Below, in pieces: positions 1 to 8,918 of a stretch of DNA of 64,000 nucleotides; the stretch's first letter is position 1, and each line of letters begins with the position of its first letter. The translations under genes and the position numbers were made by a program. Below the pieces are notes generated by a model that saw only the letters and a list, made by a program, of their open reading frames with translations, did no database searches and was not told the DNA's origin. This DNA comes from an uncultured delta proteobacterium (GTDB taxonomy: Bacteria; Desulfobacterota; Syntrophia; Syntrophales; UBA2192). The DNA is taken from positions 96,001 to 160,000 of the forward strand of contig CAVPJD010000024.1 of NCBI GenBank assembly GCA_963705165.1. Reading direction: 5' to 3'.

Positions 1-561
1 GGGGTCCCACCGGTAGGCGGGCCGGGGCAGGATGTCGACGACCTTGACTTCGACGCCGACGTTGCGCAGCCCCTCGCACATCTCCATGCCGATGTAGCCC
101 CCGCCGATCAGGACGGCTTTCTTGACGCCCCCCTCGTTCAGGTAGGACTTGATTTTCAGGGTGTGCATCAGGTCGCGGATCACGTGAACGCCTTCCAGGT
201 CCTTGCCGGGGATGTCCAGGCGGACGGCGTCGGCTCCCGTGGCCATGACGAGATAATCGTAGGGGATGCTTTCGCCGCCGGCCAGGAAGACCTGTCCTTT
301 TTTCGCGTCGATGCCCTCGACGTTGGTCCGGATTCTCGCGTCGATGCCCGTCTTCTTGAACTCTTCCGGCGTCCGCATGACCAGCTTTTTCGATTCCTTG
401 ATTACATCACCGATGTAATAGGGCATCGGTCAGGCGGCGTAGGAGACGAAATCCCCCCTCTCGATCAGGGTGGCTTCCAGGGATTTGTCCCGCCTTTTCG
501 CCTCGGCGGCGCTCGACGGCCCCGCTGCCCCGCCGCCTACGACAACCAGTCTCTTGCTCAT
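1..561 (-). CDS. FAD-dependent pyridine nucleotide-disulfide oxidoreductase (CoA-disulfide reductase/NADH oxidase family), probable selenoprotein; runs off the window start
   Basis: Not in the ORF track. Manual translation from ATG 561 (RBS AAGGAGG): MSKRLVVVGGGAAGPSSAAEAKR...FVSYAA-TGA-PMPYYIG...YDYLVMATG...AVLIGGGYIGMEM. It has the FAD GxGxxG, ATG and NAD GGGYIG motifs. The TGA (430-432, codon 44) sits at the SYxxC-x-xPY catalytic Cys, and the frame stays open to position 1. Confidence 0.9.
401..419 (-). promoter_or_regulatory. Putative bacterial SECIS hairpin
   Basis: Minus strand reads TGA CCGATGCCCT ATTACATC-GGT-GATGTAAT: a perfect 8-bp stem with a G-first loop 18 nt after the UGA. Confidence 0.75.
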
Positions 562-597
562 GAATGATCCTCCTTGCAAAAGCGTCGAATGAGTCGC

Positions 598-1140
598 TCA
601 GTCCTTGAGGTTCTCCACGTTCTCCCCGAAGGGCTTTGCGGCCAGCTCGTCCTTGTCGGAAAGGATGAGTTCCGCGGCGATCCCGGCCGCATCGGTGATG
701 ACCTCGCGACAGTACAGCGCGTGCTCCTTGCACAGCCAGCTCGCCTGCCACGCCGTGGTCAGGTCCCTGCAGCAGGTCTTGCCGTATTTGGCCTTGAAGC
801 GGTTCGGAACCTGGTTGAAGATCCGGTAGACACCGGGTTTGCCGTAGAACTGCGCCTTGGACTTCATCGCCTGCTCCTTGGGGTCCGCCCCCTCGGGGAG
901 CCCCTCCCTGCCGTGGACGGCGCTCACGGCCATGACGGCGCCGGCCAGGGCCCCGCAGGTGTCCCCGAAGAGCCCGATGCCGCCGCCGAACCCGGTGGCG
1001 CACTTCTTCACCGCGACAGGCAGCCCCGTGTCGACGAGGGAGAAGACGGCTTCGGTCACACATTCAGCGCAGTTGTAGCCGAGTGAAAAGTTTTTCCGGG
1101 CACGTTGACGGATGGCCTCAATCTTTTCTTCTTTGCTCAT
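598..1140 (-). CDS. C-GCAxxG-C-C family putative redox-active protein
   Basis: NCAEC...GFGGGIG..TCGALAG...CCRDL...CREV pattern; RBS GGAGGA. Confidence 0.85.
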   Translation of the reverse strand: MSKEEKIEAIRQRARKNFSLGYNCAECVTEAVFSLVDTGLPVAVKKCATGFGGGIGLFGDTCGALAGAVMAVSAVHGREGLPEGADPKEQAMKSKAQFYGKPGVYRIFNQVPNRFKAKYGKTCCRDLTTAWQASWLCKEHALYCREVITDAAGIAAELILSDKDELAAKPFGENVENLKD

Positions 1141-1285
1141 CGGTATATCCTCCTTTTCTTTGGTGAGATGTTTTCCGGTTCAGGAAGTGAGAGGCCAAAA
1201 TTCGGACCGGAGAAAAACCTCCCGGGGACGCTTATACAAACATCCCTTCCTGTAAAGCGCAATACGGAATAACTACTTAAAAAAC

Positions 1286-1306
1286 ACGTATTATAAATAC
1301 GTATTT
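1286..1306. promoter_or_regulatory. AT-rich palindromic putative operator
   Basis: ACGTATT-ATA-AATACGT (1286-1302) overlaps the perfect palindrome AAATACGTATTT (1295-1306), upstream of the redox gene pair. Confidence 0.4.
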
Positions 1307-1312
1307 TGTGGC

Positions 1313-2590
1313 CTACAGGGCCATGAGGTGAGATTTGAGATTGGCCTTCTTGTTCCGGAGGCCCAGCTTTTTGCGGACATTGTCCCGGTGGACCTCGACG
1401 GTCCTGGCCGATGCATTGAGCAGTTTCGCCATTTCCTTGGTCGTGCGCCCCTCCCGGATGAGGTTGATGACCTTGATCTCCATGGGGGTGAGGTTGGGGC
1501 ACTTTGAGGTCAGGGTGCGCAGGAACGGGGAGATGATTTCGCTGGTGTTTCGCTCGAGGATGTTCAGCTGGTTGAGCTGCTGGCTGTCGAGAGGGGTGAC
1601 CTTCAGGTTCTCGAGATAGGGGAGGATGAGCTCACGCACGTTGCAGATCACCTTCTCCTCGAGCTCGGTCTTGTCGTCCTCGCGGCGCTTCAGCAGGACG
1701 CGCAGAGCTGCATTGGCGTCCTGCAGGTTCCGGGACTTCTCCTCCAGCTCCTGTTCGCGTTTCTTCAGCGCCGCCTCCATTCGCTTGCGCTCTGTAATGT
1801 TCCGGGCGATCCCGTGGATCGCGACGGGCTTGCCCTTTTCGATGACGCTCCGGGCATTGATTTCCACCCACACAGACTCTCCCGTCCTCGTGTAGGTCAG
1901 GAACTCCTGCGAGTTGGTGATGAGGTCGGAGAGCTTTTTCCGGAACATGTCCCTCACGACCGTCAGATACTCGGGGTCGAGGAGCTCTTCCAGGCTGATC
2001 CCGTGCATCTGCTCGGGTTCGTAGCCATATGTGCGGGCGGCGGCGGCATTGCAGGACAAAATCTTTCCCTTGAAATCCAGGAGGAAGATCATGTCATTTG
2101 CGTTTTCGAACAATTCCCGGAACTTCTGCTCCGATTGCCGCATGGCCTCCTCGGCCTTTCGGCGCTCCGTGATGTCCGTGACGATCTCGACCACGCCGCT
2201 GAGGGCCCCCCGTTCATCCCGCACGGGGTAGCTGCGCAGGACCCAGTTCTTCTTGTACGAGGAAATATCGACAACGTCGTGGGGCTCGCCCGTTTTGAGT
2301 GTTTTTTCCGCCGGGCAGACGCTGCAGGCCCGGTTTCGGTTGTGCAGCGCCTGGTAGCAGTGTTTCCCGTTCAGCTGGCCGGGCTTGAGGTTGAAGGCCT
2401 CCCGCATCGCCTTGTTGGCCCAGATCACCCGCAGATCCGTATCGAGAAACAGGACGAGCTCGGTCATGGCATCGAGAATGACTGCTTTCTCCTGCTCGGA
2501 TTTGCTGAGCTCTTCGATGAGCCGGACGTATTTTTTATCGCTCTGTTGGATGTGCGGATTTGCTTTATCGCGTGCAGTAGCTTTTTTCAT
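1313..2590 (-). CDS. PAS-PAS-LuxR family transcriptional regulator
   Basis: Two PAS/PAC repeats (DITERR, NITERK) and a C-terminal LuxR HTH (LTPME...GRTTKEMA...TVEVHRDNVRKKLG). Confidence 0.9.
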   Translation of the reverse strand: MKKATARDKANPHIQQSDKKYVRLIEELSKSEQEKAVILDAMTELVLFLDTDLRVIWANKAMREAFNLKPGQLNGKHCYQALHNRNRACSVCPAEKTLKTGEPHDVVDISSYKKNWVLRSYPVRDERGALSGVVEIVTDITERRKAEEAMRQSEQKFRELFENANDMIFLLDFKGKILSCNAAAARTYGYEPEQMHGISLEELLDPEYLTVVRDMFRKKLSDLITNSQEFLTYTRTGESVWVEINARSVIEKGKPVAIHGIARNITERKRMEAALKKREQELEEKSRNLQDANAALRVLLKRREDDKTELEEKVICNVRELILPYLENLKVTPLDSQQLNQLNILERNTSEIISPFLRTLTSKCPNLTPMEIKVINLIREGRTTKEMAKLLNASARTVEVHRDNVRKKLGLRNKKANLKSHLMAL

Positions 2591-2834
2591 TTACCCTTTT
2601 CCAGGAACCCAACGGGAATCGGGACGGCACACGCCTCTGAGAAGGGAAAAAAGAATAGGGGGAAACCTGATGCTAGGCGCAACCGGACCCTGACATGCTT
2701 AACCCCAGTAAGGGCTTATATCATTTGCGGGGCCCGATCAAGTGGGAAAACAGAGAAGGTCCGACGCAGATTTACACCCCCGGCCGGATGTGGTAATAAT
2801 GCCGGGGAGAGCGAACCTGAGAGGTGTCATCTTT

Positions 2835-3839
2835 ATGAAAAAGCCGCTGCTCATGGACCTGGAGGACAACGTAACCCTCGAGGGCGATGCGCTCGTCATC
2901 ATCGACCGGCGCAGGCTACCCGGCGAGATCGTCCCCCTGCGCTGCCCCGACCACGAGGCCGTGGCCCGGGCCATCGAGGAGATGGCCGTCCAGGGTGCGG
3001 GCGACATCGCCGTCACGGCGGGATTCGGGCTCTACCTGGCGGCCCGGAATCTCGAGCGCGGCGGCACCGCAGAGAAAACCGCAACGCTTCGGGAAGCCGC
3101 GAACCGGCTCATCGCCACGCGGCCCACGGGTTTTCACCTGGCGGCTCTCGTGAACAAGCTCATGGGCCGCATCGAGGAGGCGGCCGGCACAAAGCCCGCC
3201 TCCGAGGTCATCATGGCATCCTTGCGAAAGGCCCTGGAGAGCCAGCGCCGGATCTCCGAGGACACGGGGCGTCATGCCGAGACGCTTCTTTCCTCCGGCG
3301 ACCGGATCCTCACCCACTGTTTTGCCGGGCCGGCCCTTCTGTACATGCTGAGCATGGCCCGCGAAAACGGCAAGGATGTGCGGGTCATCTGCACGGAGAC
3401 GAGGCCCTACCTGCAGGGGGCTCGGCTCACGGCATGGTCGGTGAGCGAGCTGGGCATCGACACGACGCTCATCACCGACAACATGGCCGCCCACTGCATG
3501 TCGAAGGGAATGGTCAGCAAGGTCTTCGCGGCGGCCGACCGGGTGGCCATGGACGGGGTGGTGGCCAACAAGGTGGGGACGCTCCAGCTTGCCATCTGCG
3601 CCGATTACTTCAAGATCCCCTTCTACATTCTCGCCTACGGCGGGCCGGACAAGCGGACGCTCAGCGGCGCCGACATCCCGATCGAGGAGCGGGACCCGGG
3701 GGAGGTTCTCGAGTTCCGGGGCACACCCATCAGCGGCCCCGCCGTGAAGGGTTACTACCCGGCCTTCGACCTCACGCCGGCGGAGCTGGTGACGGGGATT
3801 GTGACGGCAAGGGGAATAACAACAAGGGAAAGGGGATAA
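2835..3839 (+). CDS. Divergent methylthioribose-1-phosphate isomerase-like protein (eIF-2B alpha family)
   Basis: IDRRRLP, VQGAGDIA, TRPT, THCFAG, ETRPYLQGARLT, ANKVGT and FDLTP motifs; ATG follows GAGGTG. Confidence 0.85.
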   Translation: MKKPLLMDLEDNVTLEGDALVIIDRRRLPGEIVPLRCPDHEAVARAIEEMAVQGAGDIAVTAGFGLYLAARNLERGGTAEKTATLREAANRLIATRPTGFHLAALVNKLMGRIEEAAGTKPASEVIMASLRKALESQRRISEDTGRHAETLLSSGDRILTHCFAGPALLYMLSMARENGKDVRVICTETRPYLQGARLTAWSVSELGIDTTLITDNMAAHCMSKGMVSKVFAAADRVAMDGVVANKVGTLQLAICADYFKIPFYILAYGGPDKRTLSGADIPIEERDPGEVLEFRGTPISGPAVKGYYPAFDLTPAELVTGIVTARGITTRERG

Positions 3840-3880
3840 TTAAAATTCCTTGCACCACGGTGCCAGGAGTTTAGAAATTT

Positions 3881-3981
3881 GAGGAAGGGGAGTATTCACC
3901 CTCACCCCGCCCCTCTCCCCTCAAGGGAGAGGGAGCCTGAAGTGAATATTCCTCATAGGGAGAGGAAGATCAAGGAATGGG
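3881..3981 (+). repeat. Dispersed palindromic (BoxC/MITE-like) element, copy A
   Basis: GGAAGGGGAGTATTCACCCTCACCCC..CCCTCTCCCCTCAAGGGAGAGGG...AGGGAGAGGAAGATCAAGGAAT; its ends are shared with the copies at 9748 and 52955. Confidence 0.75.
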
Positions 3982-4010
3982 TTTTCTTAGGGTAAACCTG
4001 CGAAAGTAGT

Positions 4011-4047
4011 AAAAAAGAGGGGGCGATTCAGAGAATCGTCCCCCCTT
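4011..4047 (-). terminator. Intrinsic terminator
   Basis: GGGGGCGATTC-AGA-GAATCGTCCCCC hairpin with an A6 run (U-tract on minus), downstream of the 4089-4304 gene. Confidence 0.65.
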
Positions 4048-4088
4048 CTAACTCGCCCGGGTTTTCGGGCCACCCTTTCAATGTTCAA

Positions 4089-4304
4089 TCACTGATACAG
4101 ATAATCCTTCTGCGCGGCCGGGCCGACTTTTTCCAGCTCGAGGGCCGAGCCGGGTATCAGGTAGCTCCGCATCCGGCTGGGCAGGTAGACGAGGTACCAG
4201 GGGTCATCGGGGCGATATTCCCCGCGCCGCCCGACGATCTTTCCCCGAGCGCCCTTCATATGGTGGCCGGGGTGGGTGACGACGACAAGATCACCGAGAT
4301 CCAT
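4089..4304 (-). CDS. Small KOW/SH3-like hypothetical protein
   Basis: GDLVVVTHPGHHMKGARGKIV KOW-like motif; RBS AAGGAG; terminator downstream. Confidence 0.65.
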   Translation of the reverse strand: MDLGDLVVVTHPGHHMKGARGKIVGRRGEYRPDDPWYLVYLPSRMRSYLIPGSALELEKVGPAAQKDYLYQ

Positions 4305-4435
4305 GGCGTTGCTCCTTTGCAGAAGACATTGAGCGGGTTGATCCTAGCACACGGGCGGGAGCCATGACAATCAAAATGACGGGCCCGCGGTAGATTTCCG
4401 CAAGCGAATGTGATAAGCAGGCTTCGGGCTTCAGG

Positions 4436-4506
4436 GAAATCAGTAATTGGGTAATCGTTTTAACGACCTGATTACTTATTTACTTCATTACTCACTTACT
4501 AATTGG
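4436..4506. repeat. Degenerate 8-mer tandem array, inverted pair
   Basis: GTAATTGG GTAATCGT ... ATTACTTA TTTACTTC ATTACTCA CTTACTAA. Confidence 0.55.
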
Positions 4507-4539
4507 GAAACCGGACAGACGACAGACAAGGGGGGACCG

Positions 4540-4851
4540 ATGACTGAGATTAAAATGCCCATTTTTTTTCACGCCAACTACAAGGTCATCATCCGTACGA
4601 AGGACTGGGAGACCCGGGAGAGGGCCCAGAAGCTCTCCATCCGGGAGATCAGCCCGGAAGAGCAGACGGCCTCTTTCAAGGACCTCGCCGAGAAGGACAT
4701 GCCGACCCACCAGATCGTATTCTACGACTTCGGCTGCAAGAGGGTGATCGAGGGGAAGCTGCTGGAAAACGTCGAAGAGAAAATCATTTTCAAGGTCCAG
4801 GAGAAGGAGTACGAGTTCTCGCACCTCAGGCCGCCGTCCGCTCAAGGGTGA
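4540..4851 (+). CDS. Hypothetical protein
   Basis: ATG after GGGGGA; host-like GC3-rich codons; no motif recognised. Confidence 0.7.
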   Translation: MTEIKMPIFFHANYKVIIRTKDWETRERAQKLSIREISPEEQTASFKDLAEKDMPTHQIVFYDFGCKRVIEGKLLENVEEKIIFKVQEKEYEFSHLRPPSAQG

Positions 4852-4905
4852 ACCTAGGTCGGCCATGCAGGCAGCCCTGAACAAAGATTTTCGGCTTTCG
4901 TCCAT

Positions 4906-4999
4906 GAAGTTAGGAAGATAGGAAGTCAGGAAGAGCGGACCGGATTAACCGATTCGTTTCTTTTCCGCTCTTCTGCTCTTCCTCACTTCCGCTCTTCCC
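4906..4999. repeat. Degenerate 8-mer tandem array, inverted pair between convergent genes
   Basis: GAAGTTAG GAAGATAG GAAGTCAG GAAGAGCG ... TTCCGCTC TTCTGCTC TTCCTCAC TTCCGCTC. Confidence 0.75.
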
Positions 5000-5067
5000 G
5001 TCCGACCCTGTCGGTAGACCATGAAGGCTTCGTGACGCACTCAGCGCTGCAGCCATCGTCACGGAAA

Positions 5068-7812
5068 TCAAGCCACGGCGCGTTTTTCCGCCGGCTTGCC
5101 GAGGATTTCGCGGATCTTCCTGGAGAGGTCGATGATGCTGAAGGGCTTCTGGATGAAGCCGCCGCAGCCGCGTGAGAGGATGTGCGAAGCCTGTCCGTTG
5201 AGACTGTAGCCGCTCGCCAGGAGGACCTTCACCGCGGAATTGATGCCCTTCATGGCGTCGAACACCCGCCCGCCGCCCATCTCGGGCATGATCATGTCCA
5301 GGATCACCATGTCGATCTCACCGGTCTTCTGCCGGTAGATCTCAAGCGCATCGGGCCCGCTGCGGGCCGAAAGCACCCGGTAACCCAGTGTCTTCAAAAC
5401 CTCGACGCCCACATCGAGGACGATGTCCTCGTCGTCGACGATGAGGATTGTCTCGGTTCCCTTCATGACCTGGCGCTCCAGGGACGCGTCCGCAACGGTT
5501 GCGCTTGCGGAGACGGGCAGGTAGATGTTGAAGGTCGTGCCGTGGCCCCTTTCGCTGTAAAGGGTGATGATGCCGCCGTGGTTCTTGACGATGCCGTAGG
5601 CCGAGGCCAGACCGAGGCCCGTGCCGCGCCCCCGGCCTTTTGTGGTGAAGAAGGGCTCGAAGACGCGCTGGCGCGTCGCCTCGTCCATGCCGATCCCCGT
5701 ATCGGTGATGGAGATCTTCACATAGCGGCCGGGTTGCATCTTGTGCGGCTTCACGAACGGCTCGTCGAGGATCACGTTTTCCGTCGAGAGGGTGAGTTCG
5801 CCGCCGCCGGGCATGGCCTGCCAGGCGTTGACGTACATGTTGAGAAACACCTGTTCGATCTGTCCGCGATCCGCGTCGACAGCCCAGGTACTCTCCGGCT
5901 CGCGCCGGGTGATCTTGATCTCCTTTTTCGTCCGGCCGAACATCTCCGAGGACTTCCGGATGAGGTCGTTGAGGTCCGTGGGCTTCACCTCGTACTTGCC
6001 GCCGCGGGCAAAGCCCAGCAGCTGCCGGGTCAGCGTCGCGCCGCTGCGGATCATGTTTTCGATGCCCGTGAGGTGGGCCGAATGGGGGTGCTCGCCCGTC
6101 ATGTCCATGAGCATCAGCGAGACATGCCCCTGGATGCCCATGAGCAGGTTGTTGAAGTCGTGGGCGATCCCGCCGGCGAGCGTCCCGATGGCCTCCATTT
6201 TCTGTGCCTGGAGGAGCTGGGCCTCGAGCTGCCGGGTCTGGGTGATATCGCGGGCGATGCCGCAGATGCCGATGATTTCCCCCGCGTCGTCGAACATGGG
6301 GACCTTCACGACGTGCAGCGTCACGGGCACGCCGTTGATCGTCTCGCTGTACTCGACCTCCACCATCTCGCCGTCGAGGATGCGGTAATCCATCTCGCGG
6401 GTCCGCTGTTCGGCTTGCTCCCCGAAAAGCTCTCCGTCGGAGAGCCCCACGATCTGCGCGGCGGGTTTGCCGAAGAGGGCCTCCACGCTGGGGTTCACCA
6501 GCACATACTTGAGCGCGCGGTCCTTGATGAAGATGCAGTCCGGGGCCGTCTCGAAGATGGCGCGGAAATTTTCCTCGCTCTTTCGCAGGGCCTCCTCGGC
6601 GAGCTTGCGCTCGGTGATGTCGTGGACCATGGCGATGACACCGACGATCTCCCCGCGGGAGTTGCGGTAGGGGGCGTAGGTGCCCGAAATCCAGCCCGTC
6701 TTTTCGCTCTGGGGGACATAGTAGGTGAGATCCGGCGCCGCGATCGTGGCCCCATCGAGTGCCCGCTCCAGCAGGATGTCCACGCCCTGCTCCCGGAGGT
6801 GGGGGAAGACCTCAAAGGCGTTCGCGCCCAGGACTTCCCCGGCAGGCAGTCCCGTCAACTCCTCCATGAATCGGTTCCAGACGATGTAGCGGCTCTCGCG
6901 GTCGTAGACGATGACCCCCTCGTGGGCGCTGGAGATGATCTCCTTGCTGAAGCGCTCCGATTCCCGCAGCGCCTTCTCGCTGCGTTTTCGCTTCGTGATG
7001 TCCTCGTAGACGGCGATGATCCGCCCTTCCCGGAGGTCGTCGCCGATGCGGGAGGCATGGAGCCTCACCACGATCTCGCGGCCGTCCATGCGGCGGCAGG
7101 GGATTTCGGCGCTGCAGGTGCGCTGCCTGCGCAGCGTCGAGTAGACAAACTTCCCGATGTCGCCGTATTCCTCGTCGCTGCGGTAGAGAATGCGCGTCGT
7201 CTTGTCGATGAGTTCCTCGGGGCGCCAGCCGAAGACGGCGTCGACGGCGTCGTTGGCGAAGATGACGCGGCGTTTCGAAAGTCCCAGCACCGCGTGGGGG
7301 ATGGCGTCGAGGATGGACGCCTCCAGGGCCTCCAGCTCCTGGAGCCTGCGGCTGTGCTCCTTCTGGGCCGTGATGTCCATGGAATTGCCCAGGATGGCCC
7401 GCCTTCCCTTGTACTGGATGGGGGTCACCGTCTCCATGACCCAGCGGATCTGTCCGGACTTGGTGATGATACGGTACTCGTAGGGGGACGACCCGCAGCC
7501 TTTCAGCATCTCGATCGCCTGCACCCGGATTGTCTCACGGTCGCCGGGGTGAACGATGTCGATGCACCTCATGCCGATCATCTCGCCGACGGAATATCCT
7601 GCAAGCAGGGCCGCCTTTTCGTTGAGAAAGTCAAAGCGCCTGTCGAGAATGACGTAGACGCCGGCGTGGGAGCTGTGGGCCAGGGTTTCGTAGAGCTGCC
7701 GGGATTCGGCCGGTTCCTCGCGGCGGGGTTTCTCGCTGGAGTCGAGTTGCTTTCGGAGGGCTTCGATCTCTTCGATCAGCTGCTGTTTCGTTTTTCTGCT
7801 GGGGGCGGCCAT
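5068..7812 (-). CDS. Multi-PAS hybrid sensor histidine kinase/response regulator
   Basis: Four PAS/PAC repeats, H-box AHDFNNLL, N/G boxes, C-terminal receiver domain (ILIVDD, LDMIMP, KP). Start codon uncertain. Confidence 0.92.
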   Translation of the reverse strand: MAAPSRKTKQQLIEEIEALRKQLDSSEKPRREEPAESRQLYETLAHSSHAGVYVILDRRFDFLNEKAALLAGYSVGEMIGMRCIDIVHPGDRETIRVQAIEMLKGCGSSPYEYRIITKSGQIRWVMETVTPIQYKGRRAILGNSMDITAQKEHSRRLQELEALEASILDAIPHAVLGLSKRRVIFANDAVDAVFGWRPEELIDKTTRILYRSDEEYGDIGKFVYSTLRRQRTCSAEIPCRRMDGREIVVRLHASRIGDDLREGRIIAVYEDITKRKRSEKALRESERFSKEIISSAHEGVIVYDRESRYIVWNRFMEELTGLPAGEVLGANAFEVFPHLREQGVDILLERALDGATIAAPDLTYYVPQSEKTGWISGTYAPYRNSRGEIVGVIAMVHDITERKLAEEALRKSEENFRAIFETAPDCIFIKDRALKYVLVNPSVEALFGKPAAQIVGLSDGELFGEQAEQRTREMDYRILDGEMVEVEYSETINGVPVTLHVVKVPMFDDAGEIIGICGIARDITQTRQLEAQLLQAQKMEAIGTLAGGIAHDFNNLLMGIQGHVSLMLMDMTGEHPHSAHLTGIENMIRSGATLTRQLLGFARGGKYEVKPTDLNDLIRKSSEMFGRTKKEIKITRREPESTWAVDADRGQIEQVFLNMYVNAWQAMPGGGELTLSTENVILDEPFVKPHKMQPGRYVKISITDTGIGMDEATRQRVFEPFFTTKGRGRGTGLGLASAYGIVKNHGGIITLYSERGHGTTFNIYLPVSASATVADASLERQVMKGTETILIVDDEDIVLDVGVEVLKTLGYRVLSARSGPDALEIYRQKTGEIDMVILDMIMPEMGGGRVFDAMKGINSAVKVLLASGYSLNGQASHILSRGCGGFIQKPFSIIDLSRKIREILGKPAEKRAVA

Positions 7813-8090
7813 CTGCTCTCTCGGGAAGACCGGTTTTGTGTGAGGCTCTATCATCGGGAAACGGTGCAGCTGGAGTACCCGCAAGCGTGCAAATACTCTG
7901 CCAAAGATAGCGCCTTTCCGGCCACAGGGAAAGCCGCCTCTATCCTGCCGTAATTGCGCGCAAAAATATGACTTCATTCCGCGCCTCACCTGGGATATAA
8001 CACCATGGAGCGTCAGGAACCCGACCCGATGATGCGATCTGATGACAGAGGGCATGGACATGCCCTCATAAAAAGGACCGAACGATTCCG

Positions 8091-8867
8091 GTGATGAGAC
8101 GTCTGACGACAGCCCTTTTCCTGATCTTCGTGCTCGCCTTCCAGGCGTGGGTTTGCGCTGCAGCAGACCCTCCCTTCCCCCGCCCGACAGGCGCCGTCAA
8201 TGATTTTGCCAACGTAATCCCGGCAGATCAGCGGGCCGTCATGGAGAATCTCGCCCGGGAGGTTCTGCAGAAAACGGGTACGGCCGTCGTTGTGGCGACA
8301 GTGCCCACCGTGGGGGACATGGTGGTCGACGATTATGCCACCCGTCTCTACGAATCCTGGGGAATCGGGAAGAAGGGCGAGGACAAAGGGGTCCTGATCC
8401 TGCTGGCCCTGAAAGAGCGGCGGGTGCGGATCGAGACGGGTTACGGCGTCGAGGGAATCCTTCCCGACGGGGTTGTCGGCGAGATCCTCCGGCTGCACGT
8501 GATCCCCCATCTCAAGCAGGGCGACTACGGGAAGGGCCTCTTGAACGCCATGACGGCCGTATCGGACGTGATCTCCCGCAATGCCGGCGTGACGCTCACG
8601 GGCAGACCGCAGATGCAGCCCGCGAAACCGACGGGAGGGGTCTCAGTGAGCCCCTTCACCCTGATGCTCTTTCTCATCGTCGTCATGCTTTTTTTGTTCA
8701 CGGCAACGGGCAGGCAGATCCTGGCTCTGCTGTTGCTCTCGAGTTTCGGTGGCGGCGGCCGGAGCTACGGGGGCGGCTCTTCCGGGGGGTTCGGCGGGTT
8801 CGGAGGGGGGTTCGGCGGGTTCGGCGGCGGCATGAGCGGGGGGGGCGGGGCGGGGGGAGACTTTTAA
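8091..8867 (+). CDS. TPM domain membrane protein (YgcG-like) with Gly-rich tail
   Basis: Signal peptide, VNDFANVI, WGIGKKGEDKGVL, ETGYGVEG, TM helix, GGFGGF tail. Confidence 0.9.
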   Translation: MMRRLTTALFLIFVLAFQAWVCAAADPPFPRPTGAVNDFANVIPADQRAVMENLAREVLQKTGTAVVVATVPTVGDMVVDDYATRLYESWGIGKKGEDKGVLILLALKERRVRIETGYGVEGILPDGVVGEILRLHVIPHLKQGDYGKGLLNAMTAVSDVISRNAGVTLTGRPQMQPAKPTGGVSVSPFTLMLFLIVVMLFLFTATGRQILALLLLSSFGGGGRSYGGGSSGGFGGFGGGFGGFGGGMSGGGGAGGDF

Positions 8868-8869
8868 AA

Positions 8870-8904
8870 CAGTGGTCAGTGTCCAGTGGCTGGTGGTCAG
8901 TGAA
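8870..8904. repeat. Degenerate 7-mer tandem array
   Basis: CAGTGGT CAGTGTC CAGTGGC TGGTGGT CAGTGAA, just after the stop codon. Confidence 0.7.
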
Positions 8905-8918
8905 AAAAGGAACGGACA

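Noticed and set aside
2600..2834. SAM riboswitch upstream of the MtnA-like gene
   Set aside because: No SAM-I core elements recognised; an Infernal scan would be decisive.
4902..5026. CCATGAAG direct repeat flanking the 8-mer inverted array as a target-site duplication
   Set aside because: Only 8 bp and not seen around the other arrays; needs an empty-site comparison.
5182..7953. Long antisense or overlapping ORFs (e.g. 5182-7953, 34897-36420, 46286-48178, 1814-3874)
   Set aside because: Shadow frames of GC3-rich genes, with no motifs.
8745..8862. G-rich repeat at the end of the TPM gene
   Set aside because: Encodes the ordinary GGFGG tail of this family.
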